A stretch of 64,000 bases of DNA from Cyclobacteriaceae bacterium (lineage in GTDB: Bacteria; Bacteroidota; Bacteroidia; Cytophagales; Cyclobacteriaceae), in the NCBI GenBank assembly GCA_044221195.1, contig JBGAPO010000005.1, positions 35,481 through 99,480 of the forward strand. Reading direction: 5' to 3'. Position numbers and translations under genes: made by a program. The notes under the pieces are model-generated. The model saw nothing but the letters and a program-made list of their open reading frames with translations. It ran no database searches and was not told where the DNA came from. Shown piece by piece: positions 26,957 through 35,390 of this stretch (its first letter is position 1; the number at the start of each line of letters is the position of its first letter).

Positions 26957-28732
26957 TTACATCCTTTCGGGTACGCCAATGCCCAACACCTTCATGCCGC
27001 TGCGGATCACATCGGCGGTGGCTTTGGTAAAGGAGAGGCGGAGTGCGCGCCTGGAGGCGTCGGTTTCGTTAAGAACCGGGATGGACTGGTAGAACTGGTT
27101 GTAGTCCTTGGCCAGCTCGTAGATATAGTTCGCTACAATGGAGGGCGAGTATTCGCGCGCCGCTTCCTGCAGTTTGGCAGGATATTGACTTAAGCGAATG
27201 ATAACGGCACGTTCGAGCGGATCCAGCTCACGAACCTGACCTTCCGGCCATCCGGCAACCGGGGCTCCCGCCTTCCTCAACATGCCGCGAATCCTCGCAT
27301 GGGTATATTGAATAAACGGACCAGTGTGCCCCTGCAGGGAAATGCTCTCATTGGGATCAAAGAGCATCCGCTTCTTCGGATCCACCTTCAGCAGAAAATA
27401 TTTTAACGCACCCAATCCAACCATCTCGGTGAGAGCAGCAATCTCCTGTTGGCTCATACCCTCGGTCTTGCCGAGTTCAAGTGTCTGCGCGCTGGCATCC
27501 TCCACCATTTGTGCCATGAGGTCGTCAGCATCCACGACCGTTCCCTCACGGCTCTTCATCTTACCGCTGGGGAGGTCGACCATGCCATATGAGAGGTGAT
27601 AGCACTTCTTAGCCCACGCGTAGCCGAGCTTGCCGAGGATGAGGAACAGCACCTTAAAATGATATTCCTGTTCGTTGCCTACTGTGTAAACCTGTCCTTC
27701 GATTTTAGGGAAATCGTGGAACCGGAGCATGGCCGTGCCGATGTCCTGGGTCATATAAACCGACGTTCCATCGGACCGGAGGAGTACTTTCTGATCCAGG
27801 CCGTCTGCGGTGAGGTCAACCCACACCGAGCCGTCGTCCTTCTTGAAGAACACACCGGCGTCGAGGCCTTTCAAAACTTCCTGCTTGCCGAGGAGGTACG
27901 TTTCGGATTCGTAGTACAATTTTTCAAAGTCGACACCCATCCATGTGTACGTAGCGTCGAAGCCGGCGTAGACCCAGCTGTTCATCTTCTTCCAGAGGGC
28001 CACCGTTGCGTCGTCCTTCGCCTCCCACTTCTGCAACAGGTCGACGGCCATTTTCATGATGGGCGCCTCTTTCTCCGCCTGCTCTTCCGTCTTACCTGCG
28101 GCCATCAGTTCTTTCACCTGCGCCTTGTAGTGCTTGTCGAATTCCACATAGTACTTGCCCACCAGCTTATCCCCTTTCATTCCGCTTCCTTCCGGGGTCT
28201 CACCGTTGCCGAACAGTTGCCATGCGGCCATGCTCTTGCAGATGTGGATGCCGCGGTCGTTGATGATCTGCACCTTGTGAACGGTGAAGCCGATGGCCTT
28301 GTAGATCTCCGCCACCGAATAGCCGAGGAAGTTGTTGCGCAGGTGGCCGAGGTGCAGGGGCTTGTTGGTATTGGGCGAACTGTATTCCACCATGATCTCG
28401 CGCCCCAAGGACGGCTGGAGGCCGTAGTTATCGTCTTCAACTACTTGCCGGAGCACAGCTATCCACGCTTCATCGGAGATCGAGAGATTGAGGAAGCCTT
28501 TGACCACGTTGAACTTCGACACGAGTTTACCCTGCGCGAGTTTTTCGCCAATAAGGCGCGCCGTTTCTTCGGGCCCCTTTTTGGACAGCTTGGTGAGCGG
28601 GAAGCAGACGAGTGTATGCGACCCCTCGAACTCCTGGTTGGTGGGCTGGAGTTGCAGCGCAGGAGCAGCCTGGCCGAATAGGGCGCTTACCGCAGTCTCA
28701 ATTTCTGAGCGAAGGAGTTGGTCGATTTCCAT
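26957..28732 (-). CDS. argS: arginine--tRNA ligase
   Basis: 591 aa. HIGH-type SSPNTNKPLHLGHLRN, KMSKS-like GKMKSREGTVV, and a C-terminal DALR-type anticodon-binding region. Confidence 0.92.
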   Translation of the reverse strand: MEIDQLLRSEIETAVSALFGQAAPALQLQPTNQEFEGSHTLVCFPLTKLSKKGPEETARLIGEKLAQGKLVSKFNVVKGFLNLSISDEAWIAVLRQVVEDDNYGLQPSLGREIMVEYSSPNTNKPLHLGHLRNNFLGYSVAEIYKAIGFTVHKVQIINDRGIHICKSMAAWQLFGNGETPEGSGMKGDKLVGKYYVEFDKHYKAQVKELMAAGKTEEQAEKEAPIMKMAVDLLQKWEAKDDATVALWKKMNSWVYAGFDATYTWMGVDFEKLYYESETYLLGKQEVLKGLDAGVFFKKDDGSVWVDLTADGLDQKVLLRSDGTSVYMTQDIGTAMLRFHDFPKIEGQVYTVGNEQEYHFKVLFLILGKLGYAWAKKCYHLSYGMVDLPSGKMKSREGTVVDADDLMAQMVEDASAQTLELGKTEGMSQQEIAALTEMVGLGALKYFLLKVDPKKRMLFDPNESISLQGHTGPFIQYTHARIRGMLRKAGAPVAGWPEGQVRELDPLERAVIIRLSQYPAKLQEAAREYSPSIVANYIYELAKDYNQFYQSIPVLNETDASRRALRLSFTKATADVIRSGMKVLGIGVPERM

Positions 28733-28741
28733 GGGTGCAAT

Positions 28742-28815
28742 TCTCTGCGTCTCCGCGCCTCTGCGGTAATGTATTCCGCGCGGAATTTAACCGCAGAGGC
28801 GCTGAGGCGCAGAGA
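28742..28815 (-). promoter_or_regulatory. 25-bp-stem hairpin with nested palindromic loop between the DHS-like stop and the argS start
   Basis: TCTCTGCGTCTCCGCGCCTCTGCGG (28742-28766) pairs with CCGCAGAGGCGCTGAGGCGCAGAGA (28791-28815), with 1 mismatch and 1 G-U pair. The loop contains the palindrome TTCCGCGCGGAA (28774-28785). Confidence 0.75.
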
Positions 28816-28817
28816 CT

Positions 28818-29795
28818 CTACATGTCAAGAATATAGGCGAACATCAGCGGTGCCACGATCGTTGCATCGCTTTCGACGATGAACTTGGGCGTATCGATGC
28901 TGAGTTTGCCCCAGGTGATTTTTTCGTTGGGCACAGCGCCTGAATAAGATCCGTAGCTCGTGGTGCTGTCGCTGATCTGGCAGAAGTAGCTCCAGAAAGG
29001 CACATTGTCGCGCTCCAGGTCCTGGTGCAGCATCGGCACTACGCAAATCGGGAAGTCGCCGGCAATGCCGCCGCCAATCTGGAAGAAGCCAATGCCGTCC
29101 TTGCCCGAGTTCTTCGTGTACCAGTCTGCCAGCCACACCATGTACTCGATACCCGACTTCATGGTGGACGCCTTCAATTCACCGGTCACCACATACGAGG
29201 CGAAGATGTTGCCCATGGTGGAATCTTCCCAGCCCGGCACCACCATCGGCATGTTCTTTTCCGCGGCGGCGATCATCCAGGAGTTCTTCGGGTCGATCTC
29301 ATAATACTGCTTCAAGTCGCCGCTGTTGATCATGCGGAACATGAATTCGTGGGGGAAAAGGCGTTCGCCCTTGTCTTCGGCGTCTTTCCACACTTTATAC
29401 AAGTGCTTCTGCAAACGGCGAAAGGCTTCCTCTTCCGGAATGCAGGTATCTGTAACACGGTTGAGGTGGTTTTGAAGAAGGTCCCACTCCTGTTCGGGGG
29501 TGAGGTCGCGGTAGTGAGGGATGCGGCGGTAGTGGCTGTGGGCCACGAGGTTCATGATGTCCTCCTCCAGGTTGGCTCCCGTACACGAGATGATATGCAC
29601 TTTGTTCTGCCGGATCATCTCGGCGAAGCTGATGCCCAATTCGCCGGTACTCATGGCGCCGGCCAATGACACCAGCATTTTCTTGCCGTCGGCGATGTGT
29701 TTTTTGTAGGCTTTGGCCGCATCGACCAGGGCGGCGGCGTTGAAGTGCAGGTAGTTCTTTTCGATGAAAGCGGAAATGGGGCGATTCGTGCTCAT
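28818..29795 (-). CDS. deoxyhypusine synthase-like protein (DHS/homospermidine-synthase-like family)
   Basis: 325 aa. The N-terminus FIEKNYLHFNAAALVDAAKAYKKHIADGKKMLVSLAGAMSTGELG and the overall length match my recollection of bacterial DHS-like proteins. Polyamine-related neighbours lie at 32694 and 33882. Confidence 0.6.
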   Translation of the reverse strand: MSTNRPISAFIEKNYLHFNAAALVDAAKAYKKHIADGKKMLVSLAGAMSTGELGISFAEMIRQNKVHIISCTGANLEEDIMNLVAHSHYRRIPHYRDLTPEQEWDLLQNHLNRVTDTCIPEEEAFRRLQKHLYKVWKDAEDKGERLFPHEFMFRMINSGDLKQYYEIDPKNSWMIAAAEKNMPMVVPGWEDSTMGNIFASYVVTGELKASTMKSGIEYMVWLADWYTKNSGKDGIGFFQIGGGIAGDFPICVVPMLHQDLERDNVPFWSYFCQISDSTTSYGSYSGAVPNEKITWGKLSIDTPKFIVESDATIVAPLMFAYILDM

Positions 29796-29827
29796 GCAGG
29801 GGTTAAAATTTGGGCGAATATACTTAC

Positions 29828-29915
29828 TAGGATTAGAAGGATTATAGGATTCATAGGATTATGGAGGAGATTATAGGATTCATAGGATCATGGAGATTGT
29901 AGGATTCATGGGACT
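29828..29915. repeat. AGGATT array (8-10 nt spacing) containing a 30-nt tandem duplication
   Basis: AGGATT/AGGATC starts at 29829, 838, 846, 855, 875, 884 and 901, with AGGAGATT/GAGATT variants at 29865 and 29893. GGATTATAGGATTCATAGGATTATGGAG (29839-66) compares with AGATTATAGGATTCATAGGATCATGGAG (29869-96). Confidence 0.9.
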
Positions 29916-30021
29916 ATAAGCGGGGATAAAGGTTTGGAAGTGGGTTGGGGGGTTTGGGGTGTGAGAAGTTTCATTGCCATCATCGCGAGATATTCACCAT
30001 CTTCGGCTATTCATTTCTACT

Positions 30022-31629
30022 ATGCGCAAAGCCTTCTGGATCACATCATTTTTGCTGGTAAATGCAATTGCCCATGCACAGCTTTCGGCTGACAGCGTGC
30101 AACGGATCGACCAGCTTTTTACCCGCTGGAATAATGCCACGCCGGGCGGGGTGATTACCGTCGAACGAAACGGGAAGGTGATCTACAGCAAGGCCTTTGG
30201 TTTGGCGGACCTGGAGCACAATGTGCCCAACACCACATCCTCGATTTTTGAATGCGGCTCCGTCTCCAAGCAGTTCACCGCAGCAGCTGTCCTCCTGCTG
30301 GCCCAGGAAGGCAAGCTGTCGCTGGACGACGACATCCGCAAGTACATTCCTGAACTGCCGGTCTACCAGGCGCCCATTACGCTTCGCCAGTGTATGAACC
30401 ATACGAGCGGGCTCAAAGACTGGGGCAGTATCGGGGCGTTGAGTGGATGGCCGCGAACGACACGGGTGTACACGTTGGACCTGGCACTGCAGATCTTGTG
30501 CCGTCAGCAGTCGATCAACTTCCGGCCGGGCACAGAGTATTCGTACAGCAACGCCGGGTATACGGTTCTGGTGATCATCGTGGAACGCGTGACGAAGCAG
30601 TCGCTGGCGGAATTTACGCGGACCCGGCTGTTCGAACCGGCCGGAATGAAGAACACCCAGTGGCGTGACAACTTCCGCAAGATCCTACCCAACCGCTCCG
30701 TCGCCTACCGGAAAACGGGCGGCGGCTATGAACAAGAGATGCCGTTTGAAAACATCCACGGCCACGGCGGCCTGCTCACCACCACGGAAGACCTGATCGC
30801 GTGGAACCACCAGCTGGCCAATCCCACCATTGGCGGGGAGAGCGTATTGAAAATGCGCACCCAGCAGGGCAAGCTCAGCAACGGCAACAGCATCGCGTAC
30901 TCCGGAGGAATAAACGTACAGAAGTTCAACGGCTACCGCGAGATTACACACACGGGCGCCACCGCCGGCTACCGGGCCGTGCTGTCGTATTATCCCGAGA
31001 AGAAATTGAGCATCGCCATGCTGAGCAACGACGGCAGCTTCAACCCAGGAGGATATAACAACCAGGTGGCAGAGATTTTTCTCGGCAAGCCGGCCACCGC
31101 TCCCGCACCGTCAAAATTTGTAACCGCCTCCAACGATCAGCTAAAGCGCTACGACGGCATCTACCGTAGTGTGCGCAACTTCGATGTCATTACCCTGAAG
31201 TATGACAATGGCCGTGTACTGACGAACGAGAAGGTCCTGAACGTCATTCATCCCGACACCCTTTACCTTGACCGCCTCTACTGGATCTTCAAAAAGCCGG
31301 GCCAGGTGCTGGTGAAAAGTGCAGGCGACACAAACACTTACGTCCGCGTCAATCCGCCGGTGACCGACCCCGCAACGTTGAAATCATTCGTTGGGAGTTA
31401 CCGCTCGGCGGAGGCAGACGCAACGTTCATGGTCGAACTGCGCGGATCTGAACTGTGGCTGAACAATCCTCCGCACGGAGCCTACAAACTCACTCCTTCC
31501 TTTCGCGACGGGTTTCGCTCCGACGATATGGACTTGTATGAATTCAAGCGGGACAAGAAGGGTGCCGTGCAGCGGCTGGAGGTCAGTGCAGGGCGCGCGG
31601 AACGGATCGTATTTGTAAAAACCAATTGA
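30022..31629 (+). CDS. serine hydrolase, class C beta-lactamase/penicillin-binding family, secreted
   Basis: ORF trimmed to ATG 30022 (MRKAFWITSFLLVNAIAHAQ). Contains the SxxK motif CGSVSKQF and the YxN motif YSYSNAGY. A C-terminal extra domain of about 180 aa follows. Confidence 0.8.
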   Translation: MRKAFWITSFLLVNAIAHAQLSADSVQRIDQLFTRWNNATPGGVITVERNGKVIYSKAFGLADLEHNVPNTTSSIFECGSVSKQFTAAAVLLLAQEGKLSLDDDIRKYIPELPVYQAPITLRQCMNHTSGLKDWGSIGALSGWPRTTRVYTLDLALQILCRQQSINFRPGTEYSYSNAGYTVLVIIVERVTKQSLAEFTRTRLFEPAGMKNTQWRDNFRKILPNRSVAYRKTGGGYEQEMPFENIHGHGGLLTTTEDLIAWNHQLANPTIGGESVLKMRTQQGKLSNGNSIAYSGGINVQKFNGYREITHTGATAGYRAVLSYYPEKKLSIAMLSNDGSFNPGGYNNQVAEIFLGKPATAPAPSKFVTASNDQLKRYDGIYRSVRNFDVITLKYDNGRVLTNEKVLNVIHPDTLYLDRLYWIFKKPGQVLVKSAGDTNTYVRVNPPVTDPATLKSFVGSYRSAEADATFMVELRGSELWLNNPPHGAYKLTPSFRDGFRSDDMDLYEFKRDKKGAVQRLEVSAGRAERIVFVKTN

Positions 31630-31631
31630 CA

Positions 31632-32651
31632 ATGAAAACGATCGGCTATGTCCTTTCGATGGGTGCAGTTTCTTTTCTGCTGTCCGGCTGCATGCTCAGT
31701 TTTGGCGACTCCTATCAGGTCCGGTCCCGGGTCAACGTCGACGGCTCGATCGAACGCACCCTATCGTTCTCATCTACCGACACACTGTCCCGCAAAGCCA
31801 TTCCCTTTGGCGCGGCAGACAGTACCGGCTGGAGTCAGTCGGCAGAAATCCAATCGGATACGGCCCGGTTTCCAAGCTATACGATTTATCTGCGCAAGCG
31901 ATATGGAAGCGCTGCAGAGGCGACCGCGGAAGCAAAAGCGCGCACAGAGGGTTACCGGATTTCAAGTGAATGGGAGACCCGGTATCGTTGGTTCTTCACG
32001 AAGGTTCACTACAGCGACACGTATGCCGCCGTGATGCAGTTTGATGGCGTTTCCGTAGACGATTTCCTGGATGACAACGACCTCGCCTGGTGTTTTTCCT
32101 CTTTCATTAGCGACACCACCGCCACGAAAGACACGGTCCGCGGCAAAATCATCGATCAAAAAATGCAGGCTTACATGGCGCTCGGTTACGCCACCAAACT
32201 GGTGAGCCTGCTGGGGCGGCGGATGGCCGACAAGGGTATTGATCAACGCTGGATCGATTCGCTGAAAGCACACACCCGCGACCTCGGTGAATTCAGCAGA
32301 ACCGACGTGGCGAATGAAGCCACGCTGCGATCCTACTTGCTGGATACCTTGCATCTCCCGCTTCGAGACCTCGCCCAGGAGCCGCTGCTGTTGCCCAATG
32401 ATTTCTTCGATAAGATCCCGATTTTTGACGACATCAAGCACACGATCGAGATGCCCGCGGCAATCACTTCCTCCAACGCGCTTGTCGTCCATGACAAAGA
32501 AGCAACGTGGAATCTCCTGCCCGCCGCCGGGGTGATGGACTTCACGCTCCACGCGGAGGCCCGCGTCCTGAATTATCCCGAAATCGTCGGAACGTTCATC
32601 GGCGTATTGGTTTTGATTTTCTTTGTTTGGAAGAGGAAGTCGGCCGGGTAG
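31632..32651 (+). CDS. hypothetical lipoprotein with C-terminal transmembrane helix
   Basis: The track start 31626 is TTG; an ATG lies at 31632. Lipobox VSFLLSGC. C-terminal TM IVGTFIGVLVLIFFVW. No recognisable motifs. Confidence 0.6.
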   Translation: MKTIGYVLSMGAVSFLLSGCMLSFGDSYQVRSRVNVDGSIERTLSFSSTDTLSRKAIPFGAADSTGWSQSAEIQSDTARFPSYTIYLRKRYGSAAEATAEAKARTEGYRISSEWETRYRWFFTKVHYSDTYAAVMQFDGVSVDDFLDDNDLAWCFSSFISDTTATKDTVRGKIIDQKMQAYMALGYATKLVSLLGRRMADKGIDQRWIDSLKAHTRDLGEFSRTDVANEATLRSYLLDTLHLPLRDLAQEPLLLPNDFFDKIPIFDDIKHTIEMPAAITSSNALVVHDKEATWNLLPAAGVMDFTLHAEARVLNYPEIVGTFIGVLVLIFFVWKRKSAG

Positions 32652-32693
32652 CTGCACCGCGTCAACGGACCGCACCGCTGCATACGGTCAACT

Positions 32694-33668
32694 TCAGACT
32701 TTCGAGTCTTCCAGCTGCTCCTGTGCCGCAAGGACCTTCGCGGTAGCCTCCATGATTTCGAAGGCGCTCTCCGCCATGCTGTTCTGGCTGTCGAGTGTGG
32801 GGTTCACTTCGGCAATCTCCCACGCGCATAGTTTCGGGCTTTTCGCCAGTTCGACATTTAATGCTTTTGCCTCGGCAACGGTCAACCCGTTGGGTACCGG
32901 CGTGCCCGTGCCCAGCGAGATCCGGCTGTCCATACTGTCGACGTCAAACGATACGTAGATTAAATCACAGTGGTCGAGGTATTTGAGCACCTCTTTCGCG
33001 ACGGCTTCGGGGCCCATGCGCTTGACTTCCTCCGCGGTGAAGTTCGGTATGCCGTATTTGTTGATCAGGTAGTTCTCCGGTTTCTCCATGTCGCGCATGG
33101 AGACGTAAACGAGGTCTTCGGGATAAATCTTGGCGCCGGGAATGCCCACGTTCATGATCTGTTCCCAGTATTCGATCGTCTCCCCTTTCGGGTCGTTGAT
33201 CTTGCACTCCAGGTTGTCGATGTCGCAGGCCATGGCCAGGGTCATGCCGTGCATGTTGCCGGAGGGTGTGGTATAGGGTGAATGGAGGTCGGCGTGGGCG
33301 TCGATCCACACAACCCCGAGGCGCTTCTTCGGGTGGGCCTTCTTGATTCCGGCGATGGTGCCGAAGGCGGTGCTGTGGTCGCCGGCCATGATGATGGGGA
33401 AGAAATCATCAAAAATCTGTTCGTAGACTTCCAGGCATACGCGCTCTTCCATGATCAATACGCCGTCGATGAACTTGGCGTAGGCGTGCTCGGCGCTGTT
33501 GAAGAGCAGCTCGTTGACGTTTTCCACCTCCACGGATTCATGCTGCCGGAAGAAATCCGATTTCATATCGAGGCTGGCAATCTTCATGGCTTCGACGCCC
33601 AGGCTCGCGCCCCGGGTGCCGGCACCGATCTCCGACTTGACTTGAATGATCTTGATTTTCTGGCTCAC
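32694..33668 (-). CDS. arginase-family ureohydrolase (arginase-like)
   Basis: Mn-site motifs are AGDHSTAFG, WIDAHADLHSP and SFDVDSMD. The SGNMHGM segment resembles the arginase SGNxHG loop more than the agmatinase loop. Confidence 0.75.
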   Translation of the reverse strand: MSQKIKIIQVKSEIGAGTRGASLGVEAMKIASLDMKSDFFRQHESVEVENVNELLFNSAEHAYAKFIDGVLIMEERVCLEVYEQIFDDFFPIIMAGDHSTAFGTIAGIKKAHPKKRLGVVWIDAHADLHSPYTTPSGNMHGMTLAMACDIDNLECKINDPKGETIEYWEQIMNVGIPGAKIYPEDLVYVSMRDMEKPENYLINKYGIPNFTAEEVKRMGPEAVAKEVLKYLDHCDLIYVSFDVDSMDSRISLGTGTPVPNGLTVAEAKALNVELAKSPKLCAWEIAEVNPTLDSQNSMAESAFEIMEATAKVLAAQEQLEDSKV

Positions 33669-33881
33669 AAAATGGGAATTATTACAACCAACAACACGGT
33701 ACAGAATCCCGACAGATACGCAGGACCCGACGCAAGGTCAGACGGGCCCTGCCTCAGAGGTCGGGCAGGGCATGCAGGGAGGCGAGCCGGGGGAGAAATT
33801 GGAGTCCTTGCATGCGGGAAGTGTATTGCAAAGATGGCAAATTTATTCCAATATTGCGCCCTTTACCCCTTTGGCCACGAG

Positions 33882-35330
33882 ATGAAGAGTTACCGCGAAC
33901 TCATTGAACAAACCTTCGAGTTTCCTCAGGAAGAGTTCAAGGTGTGGGAGCACGAACTGCTGTTCAATGACGTACCGCTGATGGACATCATCAAGGAGTA
34001 CGGCACGCCCCTCAAGCTCACCTACCTCCCCCGCATCAGCGAGAATATCCGGTTTGTCCAGGCGACTTTCAACAACGCCATGGAGCGGTTCAAGTACAAC
34101 GGCAAGTATACCTACTGCTACTGCACCAAATCTTCGCACTTCTCGTTCGTCCTGGAAGAGGCGCTCAAGAACAACGTCCACATTGAAACCAGTTCCGGGT
34201 TCGATATCAATATCGTGCGCTCCCTCTATGAGCGCGGGAAGATCACAAAAGACACCTACGTGGTCTGCAACGGCTTCAAGATGCCGGCGTACACCGACAA
34301 CATCTCGTCGCTCCTCAACGACGGGTTTCACAACTGCATACCGCTGCTCGATACCCTCAGTGAAATCGACGTCTACGAGCAAAAGGTAAATGTCCCGTAC
34401 AGCGTCGGCATTCGTGTCGCATCCGACGAAGAGCCCAAGTTTGAGTTCTATACCTCGCGTCTCGGCATCCGCTACAGCGATATCGTCACGCTTTATAAAG
34501 AGAAGATTGCGACAAGCCCGAAGGCCCAACTGAAAATGCTGCACTTCTTCATCAACACGGGCATCAAAGACACGGCCTACTACTGGAGCGAATTGAGCCG
34601 CTTTATTTTCAAATACTGCGAACTGCGCAAACTCTGCGATACGCTGGACTCCGTGGACATCGGCGGCGGATTCCCCATCAAGACGTCCCTCACGTTCACC
34701 TACGACTACAAGTACATGATCGAGCAGATCGTGGAGAACATCAAGTGGATCTGCGACAAGAATAACGTTCCCGTTCCCAACATCTTTACGGAGTTTGGGA
34801 GTTTCACGGTGGGCGAAAGCGGGGCCATCCTCTATTCTGTGGTCGACCAAAAGCTCCAGAACGACAAGGAGCTCTGGTACATGATCGACGGTTCCTTTAT
34901 CACCCAGATGCCCGACGCCTGGGGACTCAATCAGAAATACATTCTATTGGCTGTCAACAAATGGGATGACCCCTACCATAAGGTCAACCTGGGCGGGCTT
35001 ACGTGCGACAGCATGGATTATTACAACTCCGAAGCGCACATCGGCGAAGTGTTTCTTCCCATGATCAACGACGAGGAGCGGCTCTACATCGGGTTCTTTC
35101 ACACCGGGGCCTACCAGGAGTCGCTCGGCGGATACGGCGGCATTCAACATTGCCTGGTGCCTGCACCCAAGCACGTGCTCGTTTCGCGCAATGAGGACGG
35201 TGAAATCTTCACTAAGCTATTCTCTCCCGAGCAGAGCAGCGACAGCATGATGAAAGTGCTCGGTTATGCCAATGGCGACCGGGCTTCTGAAACTGCACCC
35301 AGCGAAGTCCAGACTTCCGCAAAAAATTAA
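33882..35330 (+). CDS. arginine/ornithine decarboxylase-type PLP enzyme (fold type III), probable arginine decarboxylase
   Basis: ORF 33282..35330 trimmed to ATG 33882 (MKSYRELIEQTF); the upstream part is antisense to the arginase gene. PLP-Lys context YCYCTKSSHF. Gly-rich DIGGGFPIK. Substrate-loop GGLTCDSMD. Confidence 0.7.
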   Translation: MKSYRELIEQTFEFPQEEFKVWEHELLFNDVPLMDIIKEYGTPLKLTYLPRISENIRFVQATFNNAMERFKYNGKYTYCYCTKSSHFSFVLEEALKNNVHIETSSGFDINIVRSLYERGKITKDTYVVCNGFKMPAYTDNISSLLNDGFHNCIPLLDTLSEIDVYEQKVNVPYSVGIRVASDEEPKFEFYTSRLGIRYSDIVTLYKEKIATSPKAQLKMLHFFINTGIKDTAYYWSELSRFIFKYCELRKLCDTLDSVDIGGGFPIKTSLTFTYDYKYMIEQIVENIKWICDKNNVPVPNIFTEFGSFTVGESGAILYSVVDQKLQNDKELWYMIDGSFITQMPDAWGLNQKYILLAVNKWDDPYHKVNLGGLTCDSMDYYNSEAHIGEVFLPMINDEERLYIGFFHTGAYQESLGGYGGIQHCLVPAPKHVLVSRNEDGEIFTKLFSPEQSSDSMMKVLGYANGDRASETAPSEVQTSAKN

Positions 35331-35367
35331 GGTCTAAGACGCCGGCATCAGCCGTACGTCTTAGACC
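35331..35367. terminator. bidirectional hairpin terminator between convergent genes
   Basis: GGTCTAAGACG (35331-41) pairs perfectly with CGTCTTAGACC (35357-67). An A-run (AAAAAATTAA) precedes it and TTA follows. Confidence 0.7.
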
Positions 35368-35390
35368 TTATGAGCCATGTCGGCCGGGTA

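Noticed and set aside
29828-29915. CsrB/RsmZ-type sponge RNA, suggested by the multiple GGA motifs.
   Set aside because: This is kept only as a weak analogy inside a finding. I am not aware of CsrA homologs in Bacteroidota. The motif context (AGGATT in tandem DNA repeats) is equally explained by the general repeat phenomenon.
33282-33881. Upstream 200 codons of track ORF 33282..35330.
   Set aside because: This part is antisense to the arginase-family gene and has an unconvincing composition. The decarboxylase homology begins at MKSYRELIEQTF (33882).
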